This document shows positions 1 to 14,039 of a stretch of DNA of 64,000 nucleotides, one piece after another. Origin of the DNA: the human T2T-CHM13v2.0 reference genome, Homo sapiens; assembly GCF_009914755.1 (NCBI RefSeq), contig NC_060928.1, one strand, 5' to 3'. The stretch's first letter is position 1. Each line of letters opens with the position of its first letter. The position numbers and the translations under genes are program-made. The notes under the pieces were generated by a model. That model saw only the letters and a program-made list of their open reading frames with translations, did no database searches and was not told the origin of the DNA.

Positions 1-464
1 TTTAAGATTTCTGGACTTCATATTGACATATTTAACTATATAATAATCAGAAACTCTATATGCAAAAAAAAATCAAAAAGTAAATTAAACACTTAGAAAA
101 ATCATTTGCAACCCATATCATTACATAAGCACAAATAGCTTCCTGAAAAAAAATTTTTAAAAGAAAATATATCTGCTTGTGGGAACTAGGGTGTTAAAAA
201 AAAAAAAAGAAAATTTAGGCAAAGGCAATGAACAAAAAGGTAAATAAAAGTGGCACTAAAACATGAAACCCAACTTTGCTTACAAAATGAATATTAAAAA
301 TACACTAATATACCATTTTTACATATTTGATTGACAAATTCCAAATCTCTAACAACATATAAAAATAATACATAGTATGTGCAAGAACATGAGGAAACAG
401 GTACTGTCATACATTACTGTTGTTGAGGAAACAGGTACAATATGACTTATTAAGAGCAATTTGG

Positions 465-773
465 GGCTGGGTACGTTGGCGCACACCTGTAATCCCGGGA
501 CTTTGGGAGGCCGAGGCAGGTGGATCCCTTGAGCGCAGGAGTTTAAGATGAGCCAAGGCAACATAGCAAAATCCCATCTCTACTAAAAATACAAAAATTA
601 GCCAGGCGTGGTGGCAGACACCTTTAGCCCCATCTACTTGGGAGGCTGAGACACAAGAATCACTTGAACCCAGGAGGCAGAGGTTGCAGTTAGCCAAGAT
701 CGCATCACTGCACTCTAGACTGGGTGACAGAGTGAGACCTTGTCTCAAAACAAAAAAAAGAAAAACAAAAAAA
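465..773 (+). mobile_element. AluS inserted in an old L1M fragment
   Basis: Full Alu dimer with A-tail; flanked by AGCAATTTGG direct repeat (TSD). Confidence 0.95.
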
Positions 774-917
774 TAGCAATTTGGTAATATCTATCAAAAT
801 TTTTTATTTTTGAAACAGCAATCAAACTACTAGAAATGTATATTATAGACACATTTATGTATCTAACATAATGATGTTAGATACAAGAACTTCATTGTAT
901 TGACTCTTTTTAAATTA

Positions 918-1232
<315 letters not shown>

Positions 1233-1559
1233 CTATACAATGAAATATGATGTACATATAGAAAAGAATGAGGCCACTCCACATGATATGAAAAGATCTC
1301 TAAGATACTGTGAGAAAATCAAGGTGGAGAAAAGTGTGAACAGTAGGCTACAATTTGAGTGTAAATCATTTACACATAGACCTATGCATGTGCTAAATAT
1401 GTCTAAGAATGAACTAAATATCGATTGTCTCTGGAAAAGATCTATTGCATAGAAGGCAAAAAAAAGATTTTAGTACATACACTTTTGAACAATTTGAATT
1501 TTGTGCCATGAACACATATTACTTATTTCAAAAAAAACAATTTAAAAAGAAGCAAATGC

Positions 1560-1955
<396 letters not shown>

Positions 1956-2419
1956 TCAAGTAACCTATTTCTAACAAATTACTCACTGAGTCAAAAATAA
2001 TTCAGCACAATATAACAATGACATTGCAGAGGCATTATTCAAATATTTAACAACTGGCACAGTGCAGGCACCATGCAATCAGAACACATACAAAACCTAT
2101 CAAGATGGGCTCAAGCTGTAAAAATCTCATACTTACATATTGAGGCACATTGGCTAGCTATTGGCCTTCATAGAACATACTTAAGTAAAAAATAACAGAT
2201 ACAACACATCTGCAGAAAACAATCACAAAATACAAACCTCTACTATATAATAAATTTATAAACTCATTCAACACACTTTTACTGAATGCCTACAGTATGC
2301 CAGGCCCTGAGGAAATAGTGGAACAGTGATCAATAAGACAGAAATAGCCTACCCGTATTTGCAGGAACACTGTGTCTTATATCCTACAGAAATCTTTTTT
2401 AATTGCTTATTTAGAAAAT

Positions 2420-3037
<618 letters not shown>

Positions 3038-3149
3038 CTAGACTTCTGGTTTCCAAACTGGAAATCTCTTTCTCCATGAAAATATATAATATAGGAATGA
3101 CACCAAGTAGTAACTTCAGCTCAAAATGTCATTTTGTATAAATATAAAA

Positions 3150-4130
3150 TATATAACATTCATAAGTTTTCCTAAATACCTATAATATCTAACAGAAAAT
3201 ACAAGAGTTTTAAAACAACATTTCTGATACCAACTATAAGTATAAAGTATCTAGGAGTGTATTAAAACATACACAAGACTTGAAAGTAAAGAAATTTTTT
3301 TCCACTTTTGATAAATGAACAGACCTGTTTCTGGATGGGAATATTAAATCAGTTCAAGTTGTTAACTTTTCACAAATTAATCTATAAATTCAGCACATTA
3401 CCATTAAAATTCCAATATGATTTTTTTCTGAAACTTATAGTGATTCTAATTTCTATCTGGGAATTAAATATATGAAAAAAGTGAAGGGAAATTCTATACA
3501 AAAAGAATACTAGAATCATTAAACAAATGGTATAACATAATTATTAAAACTGTATGGTACTAGACAGAAAATAATCTAATTAAAATAAAAGGTTGGTACA
3601 AATAACTTCAATATAGGATTAGAGTGTCATCACAAGCATTAAATGGAGCTATGAAATTTTCATTTTAAAAAATTAAGACTGAATCCTTATCTTACAAAAT
3701 ATGCCAAAATAAATTCTAGATAACTTAAAATATCAAAAGTTAAATTAGAAGCCACAAATATAAGAAATTCTCAAAGAGTACAAAACTCATTAAGCTGTAG
3801 AAATAAAAAGTGGTACAGAAATAAAGTATTTTCAATTTGGTGAAAAAAATGTTTAGGAAGACATGAACAGTCAATTCACAAAAAAAAAATCCAAATGACA
3901 CTTGCAAAAAAAAAATACTAAATGAATTTAACTTTGTTTGAAATTATTAATGCTCAAAGTAGGTGAGAACAAGATTAAACAGATACTTTCATACACTCCT
4001 GTTGAAATATTTCCAGAAAGCAATATGGTAATACTAACTAAACATATAATTGTGTTAAGTCAAGACAATCTTTTATTAAATGTGAGGAATAACAATCAGC
4101 AGCAGATGCCAATGATTAAGAAAAATTAAG
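3150..4130 (+). mobile_element. Ancient L1M(E) ORF2 3' remnant
   Basis: Degenerate L1 motifs such as AAATTAATCTATAAATTCAG and ACTGTATGGTACTAG; A-rich. Confidence 0.65.
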
Positions 4131-6339
4131 AGGAAAAATTCAAAACTGAGAAAATTAATTCCATGAACTTCAACCTGTAAATTTGGTAAAGATAATTTTT
4201 AATCAATTTTAGCAGTAGAAAGGTCTGGTCCAGGTCCAAGAACACCAGTATTCTCAGGAAGATAATTTAAAAGAATCCACACAGAAGAATGTAAAATTAA
4301 GGAGTGACAGAATCTTCAGACACAAGAAAACCTTCTTGTGGAAAAGAATTGCAGTGATTCAGAAAAGTAGCAGAAAAAAACAAAAATCTCTAAGGCCATA
4401 CAAAACTAGTAATTCCATAATTATATAATGATTATAACTTCAAAATAACTTTTTAGTGAAAGGAAAGCTCAAAGAGAAAATATTTTATGAAAATCATCTA
4501 GATACAACAATAAAAAAGACAAACTCTTCAACAGTATTTTCTAGAAGACAGAAACTAAACCTTGTCCACTGAATACAATAAAGTACTTCTTACAACACCC
4601 ACATACAATTGTACATCATTTCATATAAGGGAAACCAACCAATAAATCTGAAACAATTTACTGCCAAGAAGATAATGTCTGGAGAGAGTTTTAATAGTGT
4701 GAAATTTTCTTCTAACAATTACATATCCTCCATGCGATCTAAATTGGTCAAAAACCTCGTTACAACTAACATAAGAGACCTTACCTTCATCTTAATATTA
4801 CTTACATCAATCATTCCTATAAGTAACCACCCTTTCAAGAAGCTATAGATTTTTGAAAGTAATTTCCAAAAAAAGCCCCAAATATTTCACCAGCTTTTAA
4901 ACTGAGATTATAATGGTGAGAGCAATATCCAGACAGGTGTTTTAAATATTCCTCCATTGCTTTAAATACTATAAAATATGCCTTTCAAGGAGAAATTGAT
5001 GGCAGAAATTTGTACATACAAATGTGTGGCATATTTGATATACTATATGTATGCATATCTATTATACCTAAAAAACATGCACAGGGTCTACAGTATGTCA
5101 TGTTAACCCTTTCTAATAGTTATTTGAAGCTGATCAACCTTCAAAACACAAATTTGTTTCCAATGACAGGGATCATAATCCAGGTACAGGCATTGGCTAG
5201 TTATTATCTGAGCTGTAGTAATGGCTCTGCACTACAAAATGTAATCTTCCCAAATGTCACAGTAAGTTATGAATATCTGAGCAGCCTAATGCACTTTACT
5301 AGCCATGAAATGTGAAAATGTAATCTTATTACCTTTTTTATGGTTGTATTTTTTTGAATAATGTAGCATGGAAACTGATGTATAGTCTTTTTCTACATTT
5401 TAGCATGATTTGGTCTCCTTTGCTATATAGAACATTTTTCAAAACTCTCCATTTCAACATATTTTAGTCTTGGCCTGAACTTCATAAACAATTTTTATAG
5501 CAGCCTTCAGGGTGGCATAACATGCTTTCTATAGGTTATACTTTAATGCATAAGGTTATAGAAATTTTAAAGCAACTTATTCGAAGAATTCAAATAAACC
5601 TTTATAAGTTTTGTATGAGGACTTTAATTGAGCATGATTATTTTTCTTCTCAATAGTGATACTAATAAAATACTTTAAGCTGACATTAGTCACTAATCTA
5701 AATTACCTGTATATTCGGAAAATCTAAAGACCAAACATGGAGATCAAAAATAATTATCTTCTCTTCAAAAGATTAATACAACTGGAATACTGTGTGACTC
5801 ACAGAAAATTCAAATACTTCAAAGTAAAGCTCTGTTCTCCCTGGACAACTCACTGGAAACTTGCTAAATTTTTCCTCAAAGGTGGGGCAGGAGTATGGTA
5901 TAGTTTAAAAAAAAAAAAAAAAAGGACAGGGTGTAATCACAGCTTCTGACCCTAACTAGATACTTTCTTGTGACCTATCTATTATGACAGGTGTAGTTAA
6001 CACCTGTCTAAAAATGTCAAAATTGCTTTTTTCTCTGAACCTATTTATTTATAAAATTAACTAAGAGTAAGCTTCTTTTATTTATCTGCATCCTTCAGAA
6101 ACATATTCAGGTTTTAAAAGTGTCAACCTCAAGATATCCAATTTTTCTCCAGGAATCCTTTCCTAAGTGAATGTTACCTTGTATATGTTTACAGCCACTG
6201 GAAACTTACTAATAAGGAGAAGTTGAGGGAAAATTACAAAGCTGTGACACAGACTGCACTGACTCCCAGGTTATATTTCCTTCTTCCATAATAATAAAGA
6301 GTTTCTAGTTTGGCACACAGAGCCCAGGAAAAAGATCTC

Positions 6340-6724
6340 ACTCTCCAGCTTTTCTTGAATGAAAAGCATTCCTGATCAGCCATGTGACCAAGTTCTGACC
6401 AACAGGCAGTAAATACGTGCAACCTCTAGGTATTATTCTTTAAAGAAAGAAACCTGACCCCTTTTTCCAGCTACGCTCCTTCCTACTGCTTAAGATGCAG
6501 AATAGTGGCAAGAGCTACAGTAGCCATCCTGGAATTGAAGGTGTCTTATGTTGAAGATAAAAGAGCAAATCGATCTATGGATCCTGGCAATCATAGAACT
6601 GCCACACTAGCCCGCTACCCAGACTTTCACCTGAAGGACAAATACATTTCTGTTTTGCAGAAACCACTGTTAATTTGGGCCTCTCTGTTCTATCAGTTAA
6701 AAGCCTATATTCTGACTAATATAG
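6340..6724 (+). mobile_element. Old MLT1 (H/J-like) LTR fragment
   Basis: GCCATGTGACCAAGTTCTGACCAA motif; ends CTGACTAATATA, like the MaLR 3' terminus. Confidence 0.6.
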
Positions 6725-6990
6725 ATGCTATTCACTGCATTTTCTCAGAAATTAAAAAATATATATTATCTATAACTATCTCAAATGATGTATCCTTATT
6801 CCCCATTCTTATACCATAGCAGGTGTTAGTTCACCAAAAGTGTCTTTTTTGACCTACTTTTGATAGTTGGTTATGTGCCCTGGTAAGTTGAGAAACCACA
6901 GAACAGCCTATTCCCTGACTATATTCTTACTGGATAGCTTCATATATGCTCTACACTACTGTGCCACTATGACACTTTGCCAGATGCCCC

Positions 6991-7438
6991 ATTACAGGTT
7001 GAATTGTGTTCTCCAAGAGGACATATGTTCAATTCTTAACCTCCAGTGCTTCAAAATGTGATCTTATTTGGAAATAGGATTGCTACAGATGTAATTAGTT
7101 AAGATGAGGTCATTAGGGTGGGTCTTAATCCAATATGACTGTTACCCTTATAAAGAGGGAAAATTTGTGCTCGACACATGTACACAGAGAAAATATCATG
7201 TGAAAATGAAGATAGAGATTACAGTGATACTTCTATATGCCAAAGAATGTCAAAGATTGCCAGCAAATCACCAGAAGTCAGGAAAGAAACATGAAACAGA
7301 TTCTCACAATTCTCAGAACCAACCATGCCAACACACTTATCTTAGACTTCTAGCCCACAGAACTGAGGGAATAAATTTCCATTGTTTCAGCAACCTAATT
7401 TCTAGTACTTTATTACACAGCCCTAACAAACTAATACA
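6991..7438 (+). mobile_element. MLT1B/C-like solo LTR
   Basis: GGTTGAATTGTGTTC...CTTATTTGGAAATAGG...ends CTAACAAACTAATACA. Confidence 0.85.
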
Positions 7439-7604
7439 TCCCAACATCTCCCAAGGTTTATTTTTGATGTTACCCACTAAATTCCCCAGTAAGCATTGTC
7501 AAGAACTCTTAGAAAAGCCAAACCACGACCCAGAGACTCTGTTCAGCTTATCTTCACCCAGACCCTCCTACAACACCGTACTCTCCTTAGAGAAAGAGGT
7601 TTGC

Positions 7605-7810
7605 GGAATGGATACACACAGACATACAGAGTGAAATAATAGACACTGGAGACTCCAAATAATGGAAAGGAGGTGAGGGTGAAATATCACCTATTGGGTA
7701 CAATGTGCACTATTCAGGTGATGGGTACACTAACAGGCCAGACTTCACCATAACTCAATATATCAAGGTAACACACTGAACTTATACCCCTAAATCCATA
7801 AAAATAAAAA
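7605..7810 (+). mobile_element. L1PB-type 3' end
   Basis: AATAGACACTGGAGACTCC...GGGTACAATGTGCACTATTCAGGTGATGGG...poly-A signal region. Confidence 0.8.
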
Positions 7811-7951
7811 CTTCAATGTCAAAAAATAGGTTTGTGATTGGTACTCAGTTTTTCCAAAAAGAACAATATATTGCTGAGGAATATATACGTAGATAATAAA
7901 CTTAAAAAAAAAAACAAACAAAGGAATGACTCACATCAAAGTTAGCAAAAG

Positions 7952-8255
7952 AGCTGGGCATAGTGGCTTATGCCTGTAATCTCAGTACTTTGGGAGGCTG
8001 AGGCAGGAGGACTGCTTGAGCCCAGGAGTTCAAGTCCAGGCTGGGCAACATAGCAAGACCTGGTCTCTTAAAAAAAAAAAAAAAATAGCCTGGCAGGTGG
8101 CACATGCCAATAGTCCAAGCTACTCAGGAAGCTGAGGCAAGAGGACTGCCTGAGCCCAGGAGTTCAAAGCTGCAGTGAGCTATGATCATGCCACAGCACC
8201 CCAGTCTGGGTGACAGGGCAAGATGCTTTCTCAAAAAAACAAAACAAAACAAAGT
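7952..8255 (+). mobile_element. AluJ
   Basis: Diverged Alu dimer, (CAAAA)n tail, flanking CAAAGTTAG repeat. Confidence 0.9.
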
Positions 8256-8354
8256 TAGAATAAAGATAATTGTTTTAGCAAAGAAAAAGAGATTCCAAGT
8301 AAAAATATTGTTCTATTGTTAACCTGGTATTGGATATATGCAGATACATTTTAA

Positions 8355-8445
8355 TGGTTTTTAAGTACTTTTATATACTTTACACATATCTTTTTAAGTA
8401 CTTTTTAATACTTTTAAGTACTTTTATATATTTTACACATACATT
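8355..8445. repeat. Imperfect AT-rich tandem duplication (TTTTAAGTACTTTT... three times)
   Basis: TTTTAAGTACTTTT seen three times, two copies followed by ATATAYTTTACACATA. Confidence 0.85.
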
Positions 8446-8989
8446 TTTAAAATACAACTTATTTTGTATTTGCTATCTCCTTGCCTCTCTCTGCTATCTT
8501 TTGGAAATTTCCCCAGTGTTTCAGTTACCACATTCTTTATTCAATTCTTTCTAATCTACTTTTCAATCTGTCTGTTGAGTTAATTTCTATGTCTTTTTAT
8601 TTAAAAGTTCTATTTGTTGTTATTTTTCAAATCTGCTTAGTAATCTTCTCTCTTTCCTACATAATCTTTTAAGTGTCTTTTTTGTTTTCCTTCTTTTTGT
8701 TTTCTTTCTTTCATGACTTTTTGACATGAAAGGGCCTCTATTTCATAATTTATTATAATTTTCTAAATTTTATAGTTTGAAAGTCTTGAAGATCTAATCT
8801 TGCTTTCAGTGTATCTACTGACTCCTCATGCTGTGCTGCTTTTTTAACGGGTTTTTAAATTTTAGATTGTAAATTTATTTTCAATGGGGCTTTATCTGAG
8901 AGACTCTCGTGCAGCCTGTGCCTCTCTAGGTTGAATTAGGTATTCTGCTACCTGCCCTAGGGATGTCTTCAGCATGGAATGACTTAAAA

Positions 8990-9348
<359 letters not shown>

Positions 9349-9401
9349 TTAACATTACAGATATCGTGGTAATACAATCCAGACTTTTTTTGGAAATATC
9401 A

Positions 9402-9725
<324 letters not shown>

Positions 9726-11659
9726 TTCTTAGTAATATTTGTCTCTACTGGGATTCTAAATCTCTGTAGGTAAAGACAGTAAAGTGTTTTTCTTGCAGGT
9801 AAAGAAAATTATGAGTTCGATACTATATAAAAGAAAAAGAGTAAGTTTAATATGATTTACAGTTAAGTGTAAATGTAGAATGTCACTAGAAACAAATATA
9901 AATTTTCAACATATCCCACCCAAAGAACTTCACACAAATATGAGTCCAAAATATTTCCTAATTATCAGGTACTAGAAATCAAATCTGCTGTTTTAGGACC
10001 CAATTTGAATTCTAAAATGTTTTCACCGAATACAACAATATGGGTTGGGTAGACAAAATTTCAGCTCACTCTGGTTTTCCCCTGTCCCTTCTCTAAGATC
10101 ATAATTGTAAAAAACTATGTCCATGTCCCAGGAATCACAGAACATTTAGTCTCGTATAAGAAATTTCTCATTTCAGAAAATTAGGTTAAATTTGGTATTC
10201 TCTACAATTGCCTTTCCTCTTTCTTGCTTCTTTTAAAGAACTATACCTTAACGTTTTCTTAAGGCCCAGCTCAAGAAATATCTCTCTGAGAACCATTTTG
10301 ACCTCTCCAGCCGACAGTAAACTAGAATGATACACATCATATTACCAATACAATATAGTCATTTAATATGCTGAACTGAAAATATTCCCTTTGAAGTTTT
10401 TGTTCTCCTTCTACTTACTATATTCTGGGTCTTTCACTATTTCTTAGAATGCACAGAAGCCCTAGCAGTTTCAGCAATATTATCAACAAACTCACAATCA
10501 TATAAGATTTCCATTTCTACTATCATAACTAATCCTTACAAGAACCCTGTAAGTCATACAGATTAGTCAATTATCACATCTAGCTGATAAAGGAACAAAA
10601 AAAAAATGTGTCCATTCATAGCCAAGACTACAAATCAGACTATCTGACTCATAGTCTCATGTTTCCTTACACCTTCACTAATAATCTATTATTTAAGTTA
10701 GATTTTTTTTTCTTTAAATAGTGAGCTAAGTATTTGAAAAATTTGTGAACTTTACTATCTATACAAAAATTAGTCAAAGTATATGTTACTGAAAATAAAT
10801 TAGAAGTATCATCTTTATATTTATTTAAATCCCCAAACATACTACAAAATAGTCGAAATCTCCTCTCATTGTTTATTGTACCCTTCATAAGAGTTAGAAA
10901 TTTTCACAGAATAATGGTATGTCTACAAAAGTGTTAAGAAAAAAGGTTCCATGATCAAATAAGTCTAAGAAATAATGAATTAAACAATGGTAAAGAGATG
11001 TTTATATGATAGAATTACCAGAGCTTTAATATGCAACTGTGCAGTAGACATCTTGAAAGGAAGATATACAACCAATGCATGGACTTCCCAAAAGTTATTT
11101 CACAATGGAACCTCTTTTCCTTTTTATTTGATTTAGAGATAGGGTCTCACTATGTTGGCCAGGCTGGACTTGAACTTCTGTGCTCAAGCAATCCTCCTGC
11201 CTCAGCCTCCCAGGTTTCTGTTTGAACAAGAGATTTTTTCATAAATAGCATTCTTCAACAGCTTTTTCAAAAAACATTTGATGATGTAACATATTTATGT
11301 TCTTGAAGCTTATTATTGTAAGCTTCACCCAGACCCCTAAATCCATAAAAATAAAAGTGCTTGAAGTCTTAGATAGGCAGCTGGATGAATAAATATCACA
11401 GAATTAACTATGTTTTAAGCAAACATTTAGTAGGCACTTCAGAAGTTTTTCAGGTAAGTAGTTTAACTCAACCTGTTTGTTTTTTCACAGATTTCCTTTT
11501 ATGACTTATTGAAGTTAGTAAGTAAACAAAAAAGACATCTTCAATTAAGATTACTTTAGGAAAAAAGAAAATATGAGCAAATAAAATCACACTAACCCCT
11601 CATCCCTTTCTGAACCAGTCAGTCCAAAAGTCAAGCAACACAGATATCCTCCCACATTT

Positions 11660-12081
11660 GGCTGGTCTGTGTGCCCACAGAAGTAATGTGTGACTTACGA
11701 AGTTAGGTCATTAGAGCTTCATGGCTCCCTTTACATCATTCATTCTAAGGAAAATCAGTCACCACAAATGAGGATATTCAAGCAGCTCAGTGAGAGGCTC
11801 ACTTAGAGAGGAACAGTCCTCCAGCCAGCAGCCAGCACCAACTTGCCAGTCATGTAAGTAACCCTGAAAGCAAGTCCTCTAGTCCCAGTTAAGTCTTTAG
11901 ATGACTACAGCTCCAGCCAACATTTTGAATGCAACCTCGTGACAGACCCTGAGTCAAAACTATCTAGCCAACCTACTCCCAAATTCCTGACCCAGAAAAA
12001 CTGAGCTGATAAATGTTTATCATTGTTTTACACTGTAAGGTTTGGGGGTAATTTGTAACACAGCAATACATAACTAGTACA
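11660..12081 (+). mobile_element. MLT1F-like LTR
   Basis: CCAGCCAGCAGCCAGCACCAACTTGCCAG; ends GGGGTAATTTGTAACACAGCAATACATAACTAGTACA. Confidence 0.7.
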
Positions 12082-12588
12082 GTTACAAATCAGTAATTGG
12101 GGAAAACTTTATTATGCTATTTATTCCTGTATCATAAATTTTTTAATTCAAATATTCTAATAATAAAAATGCACAGAATAAGTGATTGCTGTCAGCTACA
12201 TAGGCACTTTACATAAGCACTTTACATGGATTATCATATTTAATTACCTCTTGTAAACATGAAACATAAGTAACTTCTGAACATGGGTTTCAACACTACA
12301 TAATACTTGTATTTAATTATTTGTGACAGTTACTGCAGACTGGCTTACCCAACACCAATTCCTCAAAGTCTATCAGACAAAACTGAAAAGAAAGTATAAA
12401 TGAGAAAAAAAAAATAGTTCATATGGCAAGAAGACAGTTTTGGCAATGAGAAAAATGAAACAAAAAGATATAGCCAGGCTTTAAAATCATACTCTATACC
12501 TATGTATTAAGAAGAGAAAAAGCAGTGAAAAAAATTCGAGTGGCTAACAGTTTGTACTCTGGCATGACTCTATACATCTGAATACTGG

Positions 12589-12939
12589 TGATATGGTTTG
12601 TCTGTGTCTCCACCCAAATCTCATCTTGAATTGCAGCTCCCATAATCCCTACATGTCGTGGGAAGGACCCAGTGGTGGGTAACTGAATCATGGGGTGGGG
12701 GGTTCTCATGATAGTGAATAAGTCTCACAAGATCTGATGGTTTTATAAAGGGCAGTTACCCTGCACATGCTCTCTTGCCTGCCGCATATAAGACGTGCCT
12801 TTGTTCCTCCTTCGCCTTCCACTACGACTGTGGGGCCTCCCCAGCAATGTGGAACTGTGAGTCCATTAAAACTCACTTTCTTTATAAATTACCCAGTCTC
12901 GGTTATTTCTTCACAGCAGTATGAAAATGGACTAATACA
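12589..12939 (+). mobile_element. THE1 solo LTR (THE1C/D-like)
   Basis: TGATATGGTTTG...GACTAATACA termini; 5-bp TSD ACTGG (12584-12588 and 12940-12944). Confidence 0.93.
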
Positions 12940-13580
12940 ACTGGAAAGTTCTTTTTTTCCATCTCAAATATCCAAGTCAGTCTGAAATGTGGAAGGTATT
13001 TAGAGTTCAAGGAAAAAAAGGCAGAATCAAATAATTCGAGTACCTATATAAATATCTTCTATAAAATTACGTATAGAAAATAAGATATAAAGATATCTAT
13101 TGCAGCACTATTTGTGAAACTGAAACATTAGATATAGCCTAAATATCCAGCAATAGAGAGATACTTATAACCAGCTGATGGCCATGTAATGGAATATTGT
13201 ACAGCCTTTAAAAAGAATATAAATCAATATGTGCTGGCATGCCACGATGTTCAAGACACAATACTAAATTTTTTTAAAGGTGCAGGACAGTATTTACAGT
13301 ATGACCACATTTCCTTAAAAGATACAATTATATTTAAATCAGAGATAAGTGAAACTGCAGTTTCAGCCTAGGTAGTTGCCAAAACATATTGCTTGGTTTC
13401 AGCTAAGTGCCCACTTATGCACTGCTTCTGACATTCCTAAAGTGTAGGTGATAAATAATTGTATTATCAAGTATATTAACATCATATATAATCAGTATGA
13501 CAATGTCAGTAATATAGATAAGGCAAGTCATTCGGATATAGTATCTGAATATTCACTTTCAAATGCAGACAAATTTTTGA

Positions 13581-13928
<348 letters not shown>

Positions 13929-14039
13929 GGCATATTTCTTATTATAAGAATAAAATGCTACAATATTTATTTATTATGAAATAAACAGTATTATGAAAGC
14001 TACTAATTTTATCTTACAAAAGTAACTGTGCCTTCCTCA

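Noticed and set aside
4785-4830. Strong minus-strand donor AAG|GTAAGG (others at about 19955 and 51810)
   Set aside because: No convincing acceptor or reading frame; cannot support an exon
6788-6800. GTATCCTT U12-type donor-like motif
   Set aside because: Isolated 8-mer with no exon context
7104-7634. 176-aa ORF
   Set aside because: Lies over an MLT1 LTR and runs into L1; no protein homology recognised
11445-11460. TTTTTCAG|GTAAGT recursive-splice-like motif on + (similar AG|GTAAAG motifs near 9770 and 9800)
   Set aside because: On the strand opposite the inferred transcription, short pyrimidine tract, and expected by chance in 64 kb
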